Notes: a model not told the origin generated them from the sequence alone. DNA of 32,233 bases from a candidate division WOR-3 bacterium (GCA_016934535.1 JAFGSQ010000022.1:1-32233), one strand, 5' to 3'; positions 8,683 to 18,293 are shown, numbered from the stretch's first letter. Numbers and translations are program-made.

Positions 8683-10314
8683 ATGATTTTATCTTTTGAC
8701 ATAGGTTCAACTTTGACAAAGGCTCTTCTTTTCTCTGAAGAAGGACCGCTCGCCAAAGTCATCGTGCCGACCTCCCCTGACAACGACATCGAAATAACAG
8801 CCAAACGGGCAAGCTTTCACCTTGAAAAAAAATCAGGTTTTAACCTTATAAAAAAATCCGGAGAATTCCTTGTATCCGCGATTGCCTGCTCTTCGGTTGG
8901 AGGGGGATTGAACGCTCTGGCGGCTTCTTCCATCGGCTCAGTCAGCGGCAGAGCCGCTTCTCTTGTCCTGTCCCATTCAGGCACAAATGTCGTCGGATCT
9001 GTATCAAACGACGACGGATTGACATTCCCGGAAAGAGTCCGGAGCATTACCAATCTAAATCCTGACATAATACTGTTGGCGGGAGGAACGGAAGGAGAAT
9101 GCATCGCCCCGCTGATCGAGATCGCAAAAACCGTTGCTTACGCTGTGCGCCTGATGAATCCCCGCGGCAACATACCTGTCGTTTACGCCGGAAACAGCAA
9201 GGCTCAGAGGACGATAGATCAGATGCTCAGCGGGATATGCAAACTTGAAATAGTCCCGAACATAATGCCGGATGAAGACACTTTGGACATATACCCCGCA
9301 GTTGATGAAATAAAAGATATGAGCAATAATATTCTGAGTTCAAAAAACCTTGGCTGGAGTAATTTTTTCCAGATGCTTTCGGAGCCTCTCGTTCCTTCAT
9401 CGCTTTGTCTACTGAAAGCCGCGGAGTCTCTGCCGGCCAAAAAACACCTCACTATCATCAGCTCAGGCAGTTCTTCGTCCGAGCTTATCACGGTGAGGAG
9501 GGAAAATGAGACTTCTTCTATAATCCTGAAAAGATATTCGAGTCCGTGCGGTGTCGGAATAAAAGCAATGACCTCTTACAACAAACATTTTTCGGGTAAA
9601 TCTTCAGCCTGGCTTCAACAGGACCACGACCCGGAAGTAACGGAAAACATAGTACGAAAGAGATCTTCGTTTCCCGCGATCACACCCGGAATTTTCGAAA
9701 ACGAACTTCTTCATTCTATTTCGGCAGAGATCCTTTGTGATTTAGCCCAGACGGCTTTCGATAAAAAATACAGGCTGTCTGATGACATTTTTGCCGCTTC
9801 TTACCTTTTTTCGGCCTCAAAACCGGAAAAGGTTTATGAAACAGTTCTAAATTGCATTCAACCGACTGGATTTTCACGAATTCACGTTGATGAAGGCTAC
9901 CTGACAAATTATGGACTGATGAAACTATTCGATGAAGGTTTTTCTTTCCTTCCCGATTTCAGGAATACCTGCCCCGTCGTTTCACTTGGCTTCAATTTCA
10001 AAAACCCCGGAACCGACGTCGCCCAGGTTGTCTTTTCAGCTAACGGAGAGAATGTGAGCGTCCCCATAAAATCGGGGGAATTAAAATTTCTGGATCCTGG
10101 ATTTTCCGAAGCTGAAGTCACCGTAATTCCTTCGAGGTCAGTTGACGCAGGTGCCGGTGCGGGAGTACCGTCGAGCGGATTTGTCAAAATGTCCGAAGCA
10201 GGTATCCTGATAGATTCCCGCGGCAGGCCTTTATTCCCGGAGTTGTATCGTGAAAACTGGTTCCCGTCGCTTCAGTCCTGGAAGAAAAATTTAAGCTTGA
10301 GAGCTGTTTTGTGA
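8683..10314 (+). CDS. GlmL/MutL-like (glutamate mutase L family) ASKHA-fold protein, divergent
   Basis: ILSFDIGSTLTKA, ACSSVGGGL, PDIILLAGGTEG, PVVYAGN, VPNIMP, IDSRGRP. True start taken at ATG 8683; the upstream extension overlaps the EamA gene. Confidence 0.75.
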   Translation: MILSFDIGSTLTKALLFSEEGPLAKVIVPTSPDNDIEITAKRASFHLEKKSGFNLIKKSGEFLVSAIACSSVGGGLNALAASSIGSVSGRAASLVLSHSGTNVVGSVSNDDGLTFPERVRSITNLNPDIILLAGGTEGECIAPLIEIAKTVAYAVRLMNPRGNIPVVYAGNSKAQRTIDQMLSGICKLEIVPNIMPDEDTLDIYPAVDEIKDMSNNILSSKNLGWSNFFQMLSEPLVPSSLCLLKAAESLPAKKHLTIISSGSSSSELITVRRENETSSIILKRYSSPCGVGIKAMTSYNKHFSGKSSAWLQQDHDPEVTENIVRKRSSFPAITPGIFENELLHSISAEILCDLAQTAFDKKYRLSDDIFAASYLFSASKPEKVYETVLNCIQPTGFSRIHVDEGYLTNYGLMKLFDEGFSFLPDFRNTCPVVSLGFNFKNPGTDVAQVVFSANGENVSVPIKSGELKFLDPGFSEAEVTVIPSRSVDAGAGAGVPSSGFVKMSEAGILIDSRGRPLFPELYRENWFPSLQSWKKNLSLRAVL

Positions 10315-11573
10315 CAAGCTTCGCCGGTCTCGGAAAAATGACCTACAATCTAATCGCGCCTTTTCCCTCAAAGGCTCATTTTTCAGCAGGTGAAGAAGCG
10401 ATCTTCGGCGAAATTGCACTTTCTTACTCCCCGAACGAGGAAGAGCTGTTCGTCAATTTCAGCGCGATGCTGACCACGGCAGATTTTTCATCAATCGAGA
10501 AAAGCTCGCTGGTCTCCTGCGGAGAGGAATTCGCTTTGTACAAAAATATTTTCGACAGAAAATATCTTCCAGCCGGCGCACAAACCCTAGCTCCTTTTCA
10601 AGGAAAGATAAAGTATTTTATATTGCCATACGGTAATGCTATTTGCACAAAAATCAACAGAAAAGAACTACTGGTAAACCTCAGCGACCCTCTCGAAACG
10701 ACACCGAAAAAACTACTCAAAATGCTTAAGATTTCAAAACACTCAAAAGTTATTAAAGGGACCGTTCTCGCTGAAAGAATACTTCATGACAACATGACTT
10801 GGCTGCGCTCGGTGTCGCCTATAGACGGCGTAGTCGAGGATATTGACCTGTCCTCCGGAAATATCCTCATAAGACGCTTTGAATTCGATAAAACCGTTAA
10901 AATTCCTTTACCCGGTAAAGTAACCGGGGTGACGGAAACATCCTTCTGCTCTTCGATGACAGTGCAGTCTTCGGGTTACTTCATTAAAAGCTCGTTTTCG
11001 TTCGGAAAACCTCACCTTGGAAATCTTGTTTTGATACCAAATGATCCGGATGAAAGAAATGAGTTTTACAAAACAGGTTGTTTGGCTGAAAAAATCGCCG
11101 TCTTTGACGAAGCGCTTTCGCCAGAATCTCTCGATGAAGCTTTAAATTACGGTATAAAAGCCCTGGTCTGTCCTTCCATGGAAGACGAGACAAAAAAAAT
11201 GCTTAAAAAAAAACCTCCGCCCATAACCGTCGCCGTTGTCTTTTACAAGGGAGTAAACAGATTCCCCGAAAGCATGATGACTTTTTTTGAAAAACACGAA
11301 AGCAAGCCGGCCGTAGTGTCGAGACCTGAAAATTTCGAAGAACTTATTTTTCATATTCCTTCACCGGACGCTGTTTCCGGCATACAACCGCTGATTTATC
11401 CCGAAATTTCGCAGGAAGTTCTCATCTGCGCAGGGCAATATGCGAACAAAACCGGCAAAGTCGTACATTCGGAAACTCACCGCGTACCACCGCGTTCCGA
11501 TATTCCTACCGTAGGGATCAAGGTGCGTGGAACGAACGAAATCATTTTTGAACAGTTGAATGATTTATGGTAA
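10311..11573 (+). CDS. Hypothetical protein with barrel-sandwich-hybrid-like repeats and C-terminal KOW-like motif (GlmL-associated)
   Basis: GTGA overlap with the GlmL-like gene. APFQGKI, KVIKGTVLA..SPIDGVVEDID..SGNILI and IPLPGKVTGV resemble hybrid motifs. EVLICAGQYANKTGKVV is KOW-like. Confidence 0.55.
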   Translation: MTSFAGLGKMTYNLIAPFPSKAHFSAGEEAIFGEIALSYSPNEEELFVNFSAMLTTADFSSIEKSSLVSCGEEFALYKNIFDRKYLPAGAQTLAPFQGKIKYFILPYGNAICTKINRKELLVNLSDPLETTPKKLLKMLKISKHSKVIKGTVLAERILHDNMTWLRSVSPIDGVVEDIDLSSGNILIRRFEFDKTVKIPLPGKVTGVTETSFCSSMTVQSSGYFIKSSFSFGKPHLGNLVLIPNDPDERNEFYKTGCLAEKIAVFDEALSPESLDEALNYGIKALVCPSMEDETKKMLKKKPPPITVAVVFYKGVNRFPESMMTFFEKHESKPAVVSRPENFEELIFHIPSPDAVSGIQPLIYPEISQEVLICAGQYANKTGKVVHSETHRVPPRSDIPTVGIKVRGTNEIIFEQLNDLW

Positions 11574-12295
11574 ACGAAAGATACAGCCAGACCGAGGCAA
11601 TTTTACTGCGTGTTTTAAAATCGGGCGAAAGATCAAATTCCCTTTGCTTTTTGACCGAAAAAGAAGGTCTAATCTGGACTCAGATGAAACCTCAATCCGG
11701 TCATATTTCATCTGCAGGATTTGCCAACATTCCGTCCAGATTCAGAATAAACATTTACAGGACAACGAGAAACCGACTTTATGTCAGAGAAACGGTGGAA
11801 ACAAATCCGTACAGACGGGTTCATGAAGATTTTGCAAAACTAAAAGCGTGTTGGCACGTTTTGTCTCCGCTTATAAAACTTGTTCAGCCCGGCCCTTCCG
11901 ATGAATTCCTGTTCAGGTTAGCAGACAGGGCATTCAACGCTATATGCGGATCAGATTCGGAAATATCCGCCCTTCTTTTTATTCCGCCTTATTACGTCAC
12001 TCTGATAAAGCATTTTGGCTACGGATTTCCATTGGAAATCTGCAAAAAATGCGGCTCCCGAAATGTCTCGCGCATTTCCCCTTCTTCAGGAGGGCTTATT
12101 TGTCCGTCGTGTTCATCTAAAATTACCGACTCCAAAACCATAGATCCTTTTTTACTTAAAAAAACCATGACAGCTGCAAACAGGAAATCTTTGGCAGACA
12201 AGTCCGAAAAGAAAACAATTGTTGCCCTGATCAAAAACCTTGAGTTATACTTGTTTAAACAATTTTCACAAAACTCACCAGACATTGATTTATGA
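11567..12295 (+). CDS. recO: DNA repair protein RecO
   Basis: N-terminal TEAILLR...GE....LCFLTEKEGLI (OB fold) and C-terminal GY.FPLEICKKCG...GGLICPSC zinc finger. Divergent. Confidence 0.82.
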   Translation: MVNERYSQTEAILLRVLKSGERSNSLCFLTEKEGLIWTQMKPQSGHISSAGFANIPSRFRINIYRTTRNRLYVRETVETNPYRRVHEDFAKLKACWHVLSPLIKLVQPGPSDEFLFRLADRAFNAICGSDSEISALLFIPPYYVTLIKHFGYGFPLEICKKCGSRNVSRISPSSGGLICPSCSSKITDSKTIDPFLLKKTMTAANRKSLADKSEKKTIVALIKNLELYLFKQFSQNSPDIDL

Positions 12296-12307
12296 AGTGG
12301 AGGGAGT

Positions 12308-13189
12308 ATGTCTATTACCGTTGAAACCAATCTCGTGTCCGTCCCGCTTTTAACGAGAGGAAAAGTGCGGGACATATACATTTGCGAAAAAGACAAACTT
12401 CTGATAATTACGACAGACCGGATAAGCGCCTATGATGCAGTGATGAAGGAAGGGATACCGGGGAAAGGCGTGATCCTGAATTCTTTGAGTCTTTTTTGGA
12501 AAAACAGGTTTTCTGAATACATTCCCAACGACGTATTGGAATCCGACGTTGAAAAAATGGACTTTTTAACACCGGAAGAAAAAGATATTTGCAGGGACAG
12601 ATGCTCTCTTGTCAGAAAACTCGATGTTTTCAAATTTGAGTTTATTGTCAGAGGCTATCTTTGCGGTTCGGCCTGGCAGATGTACAGCGAAAAAGGGAAA
12701 ATAATCGATGTCGTGCCTCCTGTAGGATTGAAACTCGCATCAAAAATCCCGCTGCCCATTTTTACTCCGACGACCAAAGAGAATTCCGGTCACGACAGAC
12801 CGGTGTCCTGGGACGAACTGGCTGAATCTTTGGGTGAATATATTTCCCTGCAGATAAAAGACATATCCGTAAATCTTTACAAAAAGGCTCTCGAGACGGC
12901 AACAAACAAAGGCATAATCATTGCCGACACAAAATTTGAATTTGCATGCGACAAAACGGGCGATCTGTTTCTCGTAGACGAAGTTCTCACACCTGATTCC
13001 TCGCGATTCTGGGCTGCCGAATCTGTCGTTCCGGGAACCACTCCTCCTTCACTCGACAAACAGACACTGAGAGACTGGCTGGACAAGCAGGGCTGGGACA
13101 GAAATCCACCCGTTCCTGCCATACCTGAAACAGTAATAGACAAAATCTCTTTCGTTTACAAAGACATACATTCAAGGCTCCTGAATTGA
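12308..13189 (+). CDS. purC: Phosphoribosylaminoimidazole-succinocarboxamide synthase
   Basis: RGKVRDIY, TDRISAYD, IPGKG, RGYLCGS, FTPTTK, IADTKFEF, DEVLTPDSSRFW, SLDKQ. Strong GGAGG RBS. Confidence 0.97.
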   Translation: MSITVETNLVSVPLLTRGKVRDIYICEKDKLLIITTDRISAYDAVMKEGIPGKGVILNSLSLFWKNRFSEYIPNDVLESDVEKMDFLTPEEKDICRDRCSLVRKLDVFKFEFIVRGYLCGSAWQMYSEKGKIIDVVPPVGLKLASKIPLPIFTPTTKENSGHDRPVSWDELAESLGEYISLQIKDISVNLYKKALETATNKGIIIADTKFEFACDKTGDLFLVDEVLTPDSSRFWAAESVVPGTTPPSLDKQTLRDWLDKQGWDRNPPVPAIPETVIDKISFVYKDIHSRLLN

Positions 13190-13986
13190 CTTTTCCAATG
13201 CGGGATCTGCAGTCCGTCATGACGGAAGCGGGTGGTTATCTTATGGAAAACATAAATGACGTCCGGGAAGTTTTTCAGAAAAGGAAATTCGACTATGTCA
13301 CTGAAAAGGATATCTGGACCGAAAATTTTCTCAGAAAAAAACTTTCTGAAATTCTGCCCGGGTCGGGATTTCTAGGAGAGGAAAAAGGATCGGACTCTTT
13401 GCCGAACAATGGTGTCCGATGGATAGTGGATCCTCTGGACGGAACCACAAACTACATTCATGCCGTCCCTTTTTTCTCCTTGTCAGTCGCTCTCGAAAAA
13501 GACGGCGAAGTCACTGACGGAGCCGTGTATTGTCCCTGGCTCAATGAATTTTTCTCGGCATCTTCGGGGCAGGGAGCGTATCTGAACGGGGACAAGATAT
13601 CTGTTTCCTCGATATCATGCGTGGAAGGCGGTCTTTTCGCGACCGGATTCCCGTTCAGAGTCCATGAAAAACTTGAAAGATACCTGGCCAGCTTCAAATC
13701 TGTTTTTTTGAAAGCATCGGGCATCAGACGCTGCGGCAGTGCCGCCCTCGACCTGTGTTTCGTGGCGTGCGGAAGATTCGATGGTTTTTGGGAAGACAAC
13801 CTGTCAGCCTGGGATATTGCCGCCGGAATGCTGTTAGTTCGGGAAGCCGGAGGCGAAGTGACCGATTTTTCGGGCAACCCGTGTCCTCACGAAAGCGGCA
13901 GCGTAATTTGCTCAAACAAGAATATTTTCCCGGAGTTTTTCAAAACCGCCGCGGAGACATACACAAATTTTCGAGAAGGGAGATGA
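13186..13986 (+). CDS. suhB: Inositol monophosphatase family protein (SuhB-like)
   Basis: DYVTEKD, LGEE, WIVDPLDGTTNY, RRCGSAALDL, WDIAAG..LVREAGG. Confidence 0.88.
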   Translation: MTFPMRDLQSVMTEAGGYLMENINDVREVFQKRKFDYVTEKDIWTENFLRKKLSEILPGSGFLGEEKGSDSLPNNGVRWIVDPLDGTTNYIHAVPFFSLSVALEKDGEVTDGAVYCPWLNEFFSASSGQGAYLNGDKISVSSISCVEGGLFATGFPFRVHEKLERYLASFKSVFLKASGIRRCGSAALDLCFVACGRFDGFWEDNLSAWDIAAGMLLVREAGGEVTDFSGNPCPHESGSVICSNKNIFPEFFKTAAETYTNFREGR

Positions 13987-13987
13987 A

Positions 13988-16558
13988 ATGAAACCCGTCC
14001 GAACATTTAAAGTAATTCCTTCTTTGCCGGAAGAACTCGCAGATCTCAGAACTATAGCGTTCAACCTCTGGTGGGGATGGAATGAAGAAGCCGTAAAGTT
14101 ATTTCACAGGATTTCACCAGAACTTTGGGAGCAAGCAAATCACAACCCGGTCGCTCTTCTTTCTATGGTACCTCAGGAAAACTGGTACGCACTCATCAAA
14201 GATGAAAGTTTCATCGCCCACATGAACAGGGTCAAGGAGGATCTCGACGAATATCTCGGAGGGGCGAGGTGGTTCGAAAGAGAACACTCTGACATACAAA
14301 ACGCCGTCATAGCCTATTTCTCGATGGAGTTCGGCCTCAACGACTGCCTGCCTCTATACTCGGGAGGGCTCGGCGTACTTTCAGGAGACCATCTGAAATC
14401 ATCCAGTGAACTCGGAATTCCTCTTGTAGCCGTGGGGCTTCTATACGGCCAGGGTTACCTGACGCAATATTTGTCGAACGACGGCTGGCAGCACGAAAAA
14501 TACGCTGAAAACGATTTCAGCAATATGCCTGTAAGAGTCCTCAACGTAAACGACGGCTCCACTTTGAAAATTTCAGTAAAGATGGCGGAAAAGGAAGTCT
14601 GGGCAGAAATCTGGGAGACTTCGGTCGGAAGAATCAAACTCTACCTTCTTAACACCAACATACCGGAAAATGATTCACTCGGCAGATACATTACAGAAAG
14701 ACTTTACGGCGGCGACAATGACCTGCGTATAAAGCAGGAGATTCTTCTGGGCATAGGAGGACTCAAAGCTCTCAGAAAAATAGGCTTGAATCCCACCGTC
14801 GTCCATATGAACGAAGGGCACAGCGCTTTTATAATTTTAGAAAGAATACGACAGTTGATGAAGGAAAACGGGCTCACCTATACCCAGGCGAAGCTTCTTT
14901 CAGCCTCTTCCTGCGTTTTCACCACTCACACACCTGTACCTGCCGGCAACGAGGTTTTTCACCCTGACATGATCGAGCATTACATAGGATATATTCGCGA
15001 AGAGATAGGAGTGACGAAAGAGGAGCTTTACTCTCTCGGCAAGCAAAATCCCAAAAACGCTTCAGAACATTTCGGCATGACTGTTTTCGCCATCAACAAC
15101 TCACATTACTGCAACGCCGTAAGCAAACTTCACGCCTCGGTTTCCCGTTCCATGTGGTCGGGCATCTGGCAGGGACTGGACGCCGATGAAGTTCCCATAA
15201 CTCACATAACGAACGGAATAAATCCCAACAGCTGGACCTCCGGCGAAATGCAACAGTTGTTTCTCAGGTACATAGGACCAAAAATGCTCGAAGAACCCGA
15301 AAACCTGAAAATCTGGGAAAGAGTTCTCGACATCCCGGACAACGAACTCTGGAGAACACATGAGAGAAGAAGAGAAAGGCTTGTCGCTTTCATAAGAAGA
15401 AGGCTCAAAAAACAACTCGCCGAACAGGGAGCCTCAGCAAAGGAAATCGAAGAAGCCGACGAAGTTCTGCACCCGGACACCCTGACAATAGGCTTTTCAA
15501 GGCGTTTTGCAACATACAAGAGAGCGTCGCTAATATTAAGCAATCTCGAGAGGATAACGAAAATACTGACCAACAAAGACAAGCCGGTTCAGCTCATTTT
15601 CGCCGGAAAAGCGCACCCGAGAGATGACGCGGGAAAAGACATCATCAAACACATATTCCAGGTCTCGAGAATGCCTCATCTGAGGAATCATATCGTCTTC
15701 ATCCAGAATTACGACATGAACGTAGCAAGATACATGGTTCAAGGATGCGACATCTGGCTCAACACGCCCAGAAGACCGCTCGAAGCGAGCGGCACCAGCG
15801 GAATGAAAGTCTGTTTCAACGGAGGGCTGAATCTGAGCGTTCTCGACGGCTGGTGGAACGAAGCATTCAACGGCAAAAACGGCTGGTCCATTGGAATGGG
15901 GGAAGTCTATCAGGATTACAAAGCCGAAGATGAAGTGGAATCCTCTTCACTTTATGACACTCTGGAGAACGACGTCGTCCCAAAATTCTACAACATAGCC
16001 AGAGACGGACTCCCGAGAGAATGGATTAAAATGATAAAAGAATCCATGAGAACTCTTTGCCCGGTTTTCAACACTAACAGAATGATATGCGAATACACAG
16101 AGAAATTTTACATCCCATCGCATAACTCATGGAGGACACTCACCGAGAACGACTTCAAGGGAGTCAAAGACTTCTCCTCCAGGTTTGATCTGATTTCCAG
16201 GGAATGGAACAACGTCAAAATTATTGACGTCTCTGCCGACACTGCCGCTCCGGTTCAGATGGGAACGCAGATAGAAGTAGTTTCCACGGTCTACATGGAC
16301 GGTCTCAATCCCGACGATGTATCCGTCGAAATCTGCCACGGCAAATTAAGTTACAACGGCGAAATAGAGAATCCTTCCTGTATAGCCATGTCGTCCGTCC
16401 AGAATACAGGCAAAGGCCAATACGTATTCAGAGGGCGAATTCCGTGTCTGGAAAGCGGTAAAAACGGATTTTCAGTAAGGATATTGCCGAGGAACAATTA
16501 CCTGACAAGGAAATTAGTGCCCGGTTTCGTCAAATGGTTCGAAAACGGCGGTCAATAA
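13988..16558 (+). CDS. glgP: Alpha-glucan (glycogen/maltodextrin) phosphorylase
   Basis: YFSMEFGL, YSGGLG.L.GD, HMNEGH, FTTHTPVPAG, RRFATYKR, AGKAHP, EASGTSGMK (PLP lysine). Confidence 0.97.
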   Translation: MKPVRTFKVIPSLPEELADLRTIAFNLWWGWNEEAVKLFHRISPELWEQANHNPVALLSMVPQENWYALIKDESFIAHMNRVKEDLDEYLGGARWFEREHSDIQNAVIAYFSMEFGLNDCLPLYSGGLGVLSGDHLKSSSELGIPLVAVGLLYGQGYLTQYLSNDGWQHEKYAENDFSNMPVRVLNVNDGSTLKISVKMAEKEVWAEIWETSVGRIKLYLLNTNIPENDSLGRYITERLYGGDNDLRIKQEILLGIGGLKALRKIGLNPTVVHMNEGHSAFIILERIRQLMKENGLTYTQAKLLSASSCVFTTHTPVPAGNEVFHPDMIEHYIGYIREEIGVTKEELYSLGKQNPKNASEHFGMTVFAINNSHYCNAVSKLHASVSRSMWSGIWQGLDADEVPITHITNGINPNSWTSGEMQQLFLRYIGPKMLEEPENLKIWERVLDIPDNELWRTHERRRERLVAFIRRRLKKQLAEQGASAKEIEEADEVLHPDTLTIGFSRRFATYKRASLILSNLERITKILTNKDKPVQLIFAGKAHPRDDAGKDIIKHIFQVSRMPHLRNHIVFIQNYDMNVARYMVQGCDIWLNTPRRPLEASGTSGMKVCFNGGLNLSVLDGWWNEAFNGKNGWSIGMGEVYQDYKAEDEVESSSLYDTLENDVVPKFYNIARDGLPREWIKMIKESMRTLCPVFNTNRMICEYTEKFYIPSHNSWRTLTENDFKGVKDFSSRFDLISREWNNVKIIDVSADTAAPVQMGTQIEVVSTVYMDGLNPDDVSVEICHGKLSYNGEIENPSCIAMSSVQNTGKGQYVFRGRIPCLESGKNGFSVRILPRNNYLTRKLVPGFVKWFENGGQ

Positions 16559-16559
16559 A

Positions 16560-17558
16560 TCAGCGGGGAAAGTAAGAAAGAGAAAACCTGTGGGAAGAGC
16601 CTAATTGCTGATGGCTCATAAAACCGTAATCAACAGAAAATGAACTGAAAACAAAGCCTCCTCCGGCGGTCAAATGACCGGAATTGCTTCCCGCTCTCAG
16701 AAAAAATCTGTCCTTAATGGAAACTTCTCCTCCGTAATGACTGTCCATACTCAAGGAAGACACGTCCCACTGAGAAGAGAGTTTTCTGTTCTCAAAATAT
16801 ATGTCGGTTTCAATGCCGAACGACAGGGAAACGTCGCGCCAGGAAAGAGGCGCTCTGGCCATTATGCCTGTTTTCAGGAAAGGATAAGCGTATTCTTTTG
16901 TTCCGGTGCTCCACGACAAAATCGTAGTCGTCGCGTTTCTTAATACCGCCGAAAAATCCAGGTTTTTCGTCCTGTAAAAACACCCAACATCGGTTCCGAC
17001 ACCGTAGGCGGAATAATCGCCGATTTTTCTATAAACGGCCTTGACTGTCACTCCGAAGGAAAGATTTTCGCCGGCTTTGTGCCCGTATGAAACATACATG
17101 GTGTAATCGTCGTCGCTGAAATATGATACTCTGTCGTAGTCGAGCCATTCACCGGGATCGAGAGATCCGTTGTTCTCCCCCTGATCACCGGTACCCGGTA
17201 TGCCATCCTCTCCGTAATCTCTGAGCGCGTCCAAAGTATAAGGTATCCCCGATATGCCGAGGTGAACGAGTCCGATGCCGAGAGATCTTTTTGCTTCCGG
17301 GAAAATCATTGAAAATCCGTTGTAAGACAGGTTGCCCGAAAATACGTAAGCGTGTGTGGCGCTGTAGCATTTGTTTGAAAAACTCATCGCGGCTGGATTG
17401 CCGTAAAAAGAATGCTCTCCTGTAAGAATGCCTTCCATCTGCCCCATAGCAAGAGATCTCGCGCCGAACCCGAGAGCCAAAAACTCACCGGCGTATTTTG
17501 ACGCATAAACATTCAGGGATGAAAAGAAAAAGAATATAATAAATGTCTTAAACTTCAA
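16560..17558 (-). CDS. PorV/PorQ family (UPF0164-like) outer-membrane beta-barrel
   Basis: Signal peptide, then SKYAGEFLALGFGARSLAMG, FYGNPAAM, FGVTVK.VY, GVGTDVG, FLRAG, VDYGF...LGSSHRFSLSY. Confidence 0.85.
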   Translation of the reverse strand: MKFKTFIIFFFFSSLNVYASKYAGEFLALGFGARSLAMGQMEGILTGEHSFYGNPAAMSFSNKCYSATHAYVFSGNLSYNGFSMIFPEAKRSLGIGLVHLGISGIPYTLDALRDYGEDGIPGTGDQGENNGSLDPGEWLDYDRVSYFSDDDYTMYVSYGHKAGENLSFGVTVKAVYRKIGDYSAYGVGTDVGCFYRTKNLDFSAVLRNATTTILSWSTGTKEYAYPFLKTGIMARAPLSWRDVSLSFGIETDIYFENRKLSSQWDVSSLSMDSHYGGEVSIKDRFFLRAGSNSGHLTAGGGFVFSSFSVDYGFMSHQQLGSSHRFSLSYFPR

Positions 17559-17559
17559 A

Positions 17560-18159
17560 TTATTTGCGTTCCGTTGAAAACATCGCTTTAATTCGGCCCC
17601 AGGTTGACGGATTAATCACCGAAGCTGGAATTTCTCTGTTGTTGTTTCCGGGTGTCGGATAGCACACCGTATAGTTCTCAGGTTGCGGAGCGAAATTAGT
17701 TTCAGGATAAAGCCCCAGAGAATAACCTGGAGAGACCCCTTGTGATGTTCCCGTTCCTCCCCATAATACTTTCGAAATTTCGCTGTCTCCGGAATCAAGA
17801 AGCGTCAGACCTCCGACGTTTCTGCATATATTGATTGAACTTCCGTACTGGACAATCAAAGTCGTCGAAGACAGAGAGGAATCCCAATGAGCGACAAATC
17901 TCGAACTGTCGGCGACGAAAACAACACGTTGACCCGGTTCCATTGAAATCGAGAATGTGAACACTTCTCCCGTAGGCGTCTTCAGTTTCCATGAATTCAT
18001 CGTGACTTTGTCGTTCGAAAAATTGAAAATTTCGACCCATTGGTCCTGATTGCTCCAGCCTGCCGTTTCGGGAATATTATAAAAGACCTCGTTTATATTT
18101 ATCTTTGAGAATATGAGTGAAGGAAATAGCATCACTGCCGCGAGAATTATCCTTTTCAT
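17560..18159 (-). CDS. Secreted lamin-tail-domain protein with C-terminal TWGxIK tail
   Basis: MKRIILAAVMLFPSLIFS signal. ININEVFYN, DQWVEIFN, WKL, PGQRVV, LLDSGD, PTPGNNN are LTD hallmarks. Ends PSTWGRIKAMFSTERK. Start chosen at ATG 18159. Confidence 0.85.
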   Translation of the reverse strand: MKRIILAAVMLFPSLIFSKININEVFYNIPETAGWSNQDQWVEIFNFSNDKVTMNSWKLKTPTGEVFTFSISMEPGQRVVFVADSSRFVAHWDSSLSSTTLIVQYGSSINICRNVGGLTLLDSGDSEISKVLWGGTGTSQGVSPGYSLGLYPETNFAPQPENYTVCYPTPGNNNREIPASVINPSTWGRIKAMFSTERK

Positions 18160-18166
18160 ACCAGTC

Positions 18167-18195
18167 AATATAACAGCACTTGCATAAATTGTCAA
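18167..18195 (-). promoter_or_regulatory. Strong sigma70 promoter directly abutting the LTD gene start
   Basis: TTGACA (18195-18190), 17 nt ending TGT, TATATT (18172-18167), 7 nt, ATG (18159). Confidence 0.72.
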
Positions 18196-18293
18196 CCACC
18201 AATTTACTGAATTTTGTTCAAATATGTCTGTCTTCTGTAGGAATCTCAACTAACCTCTTGATTTTAATTCCGACATGTGTTTTTTTATATTCT

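Noticed and set aside
11190-11215. Poly-A runs as phase-variation or frameshift sites
   Set aside because: The reading frame is intact, and A-runs encoding Lys are common throughout the window.
18180-18293. Overlapping long N-termini of trxB (18180) and the LTD gene (18249)
   Set aside because: Both extensions run through the divergent promoter region. Better starts are at 18294 and 18159.
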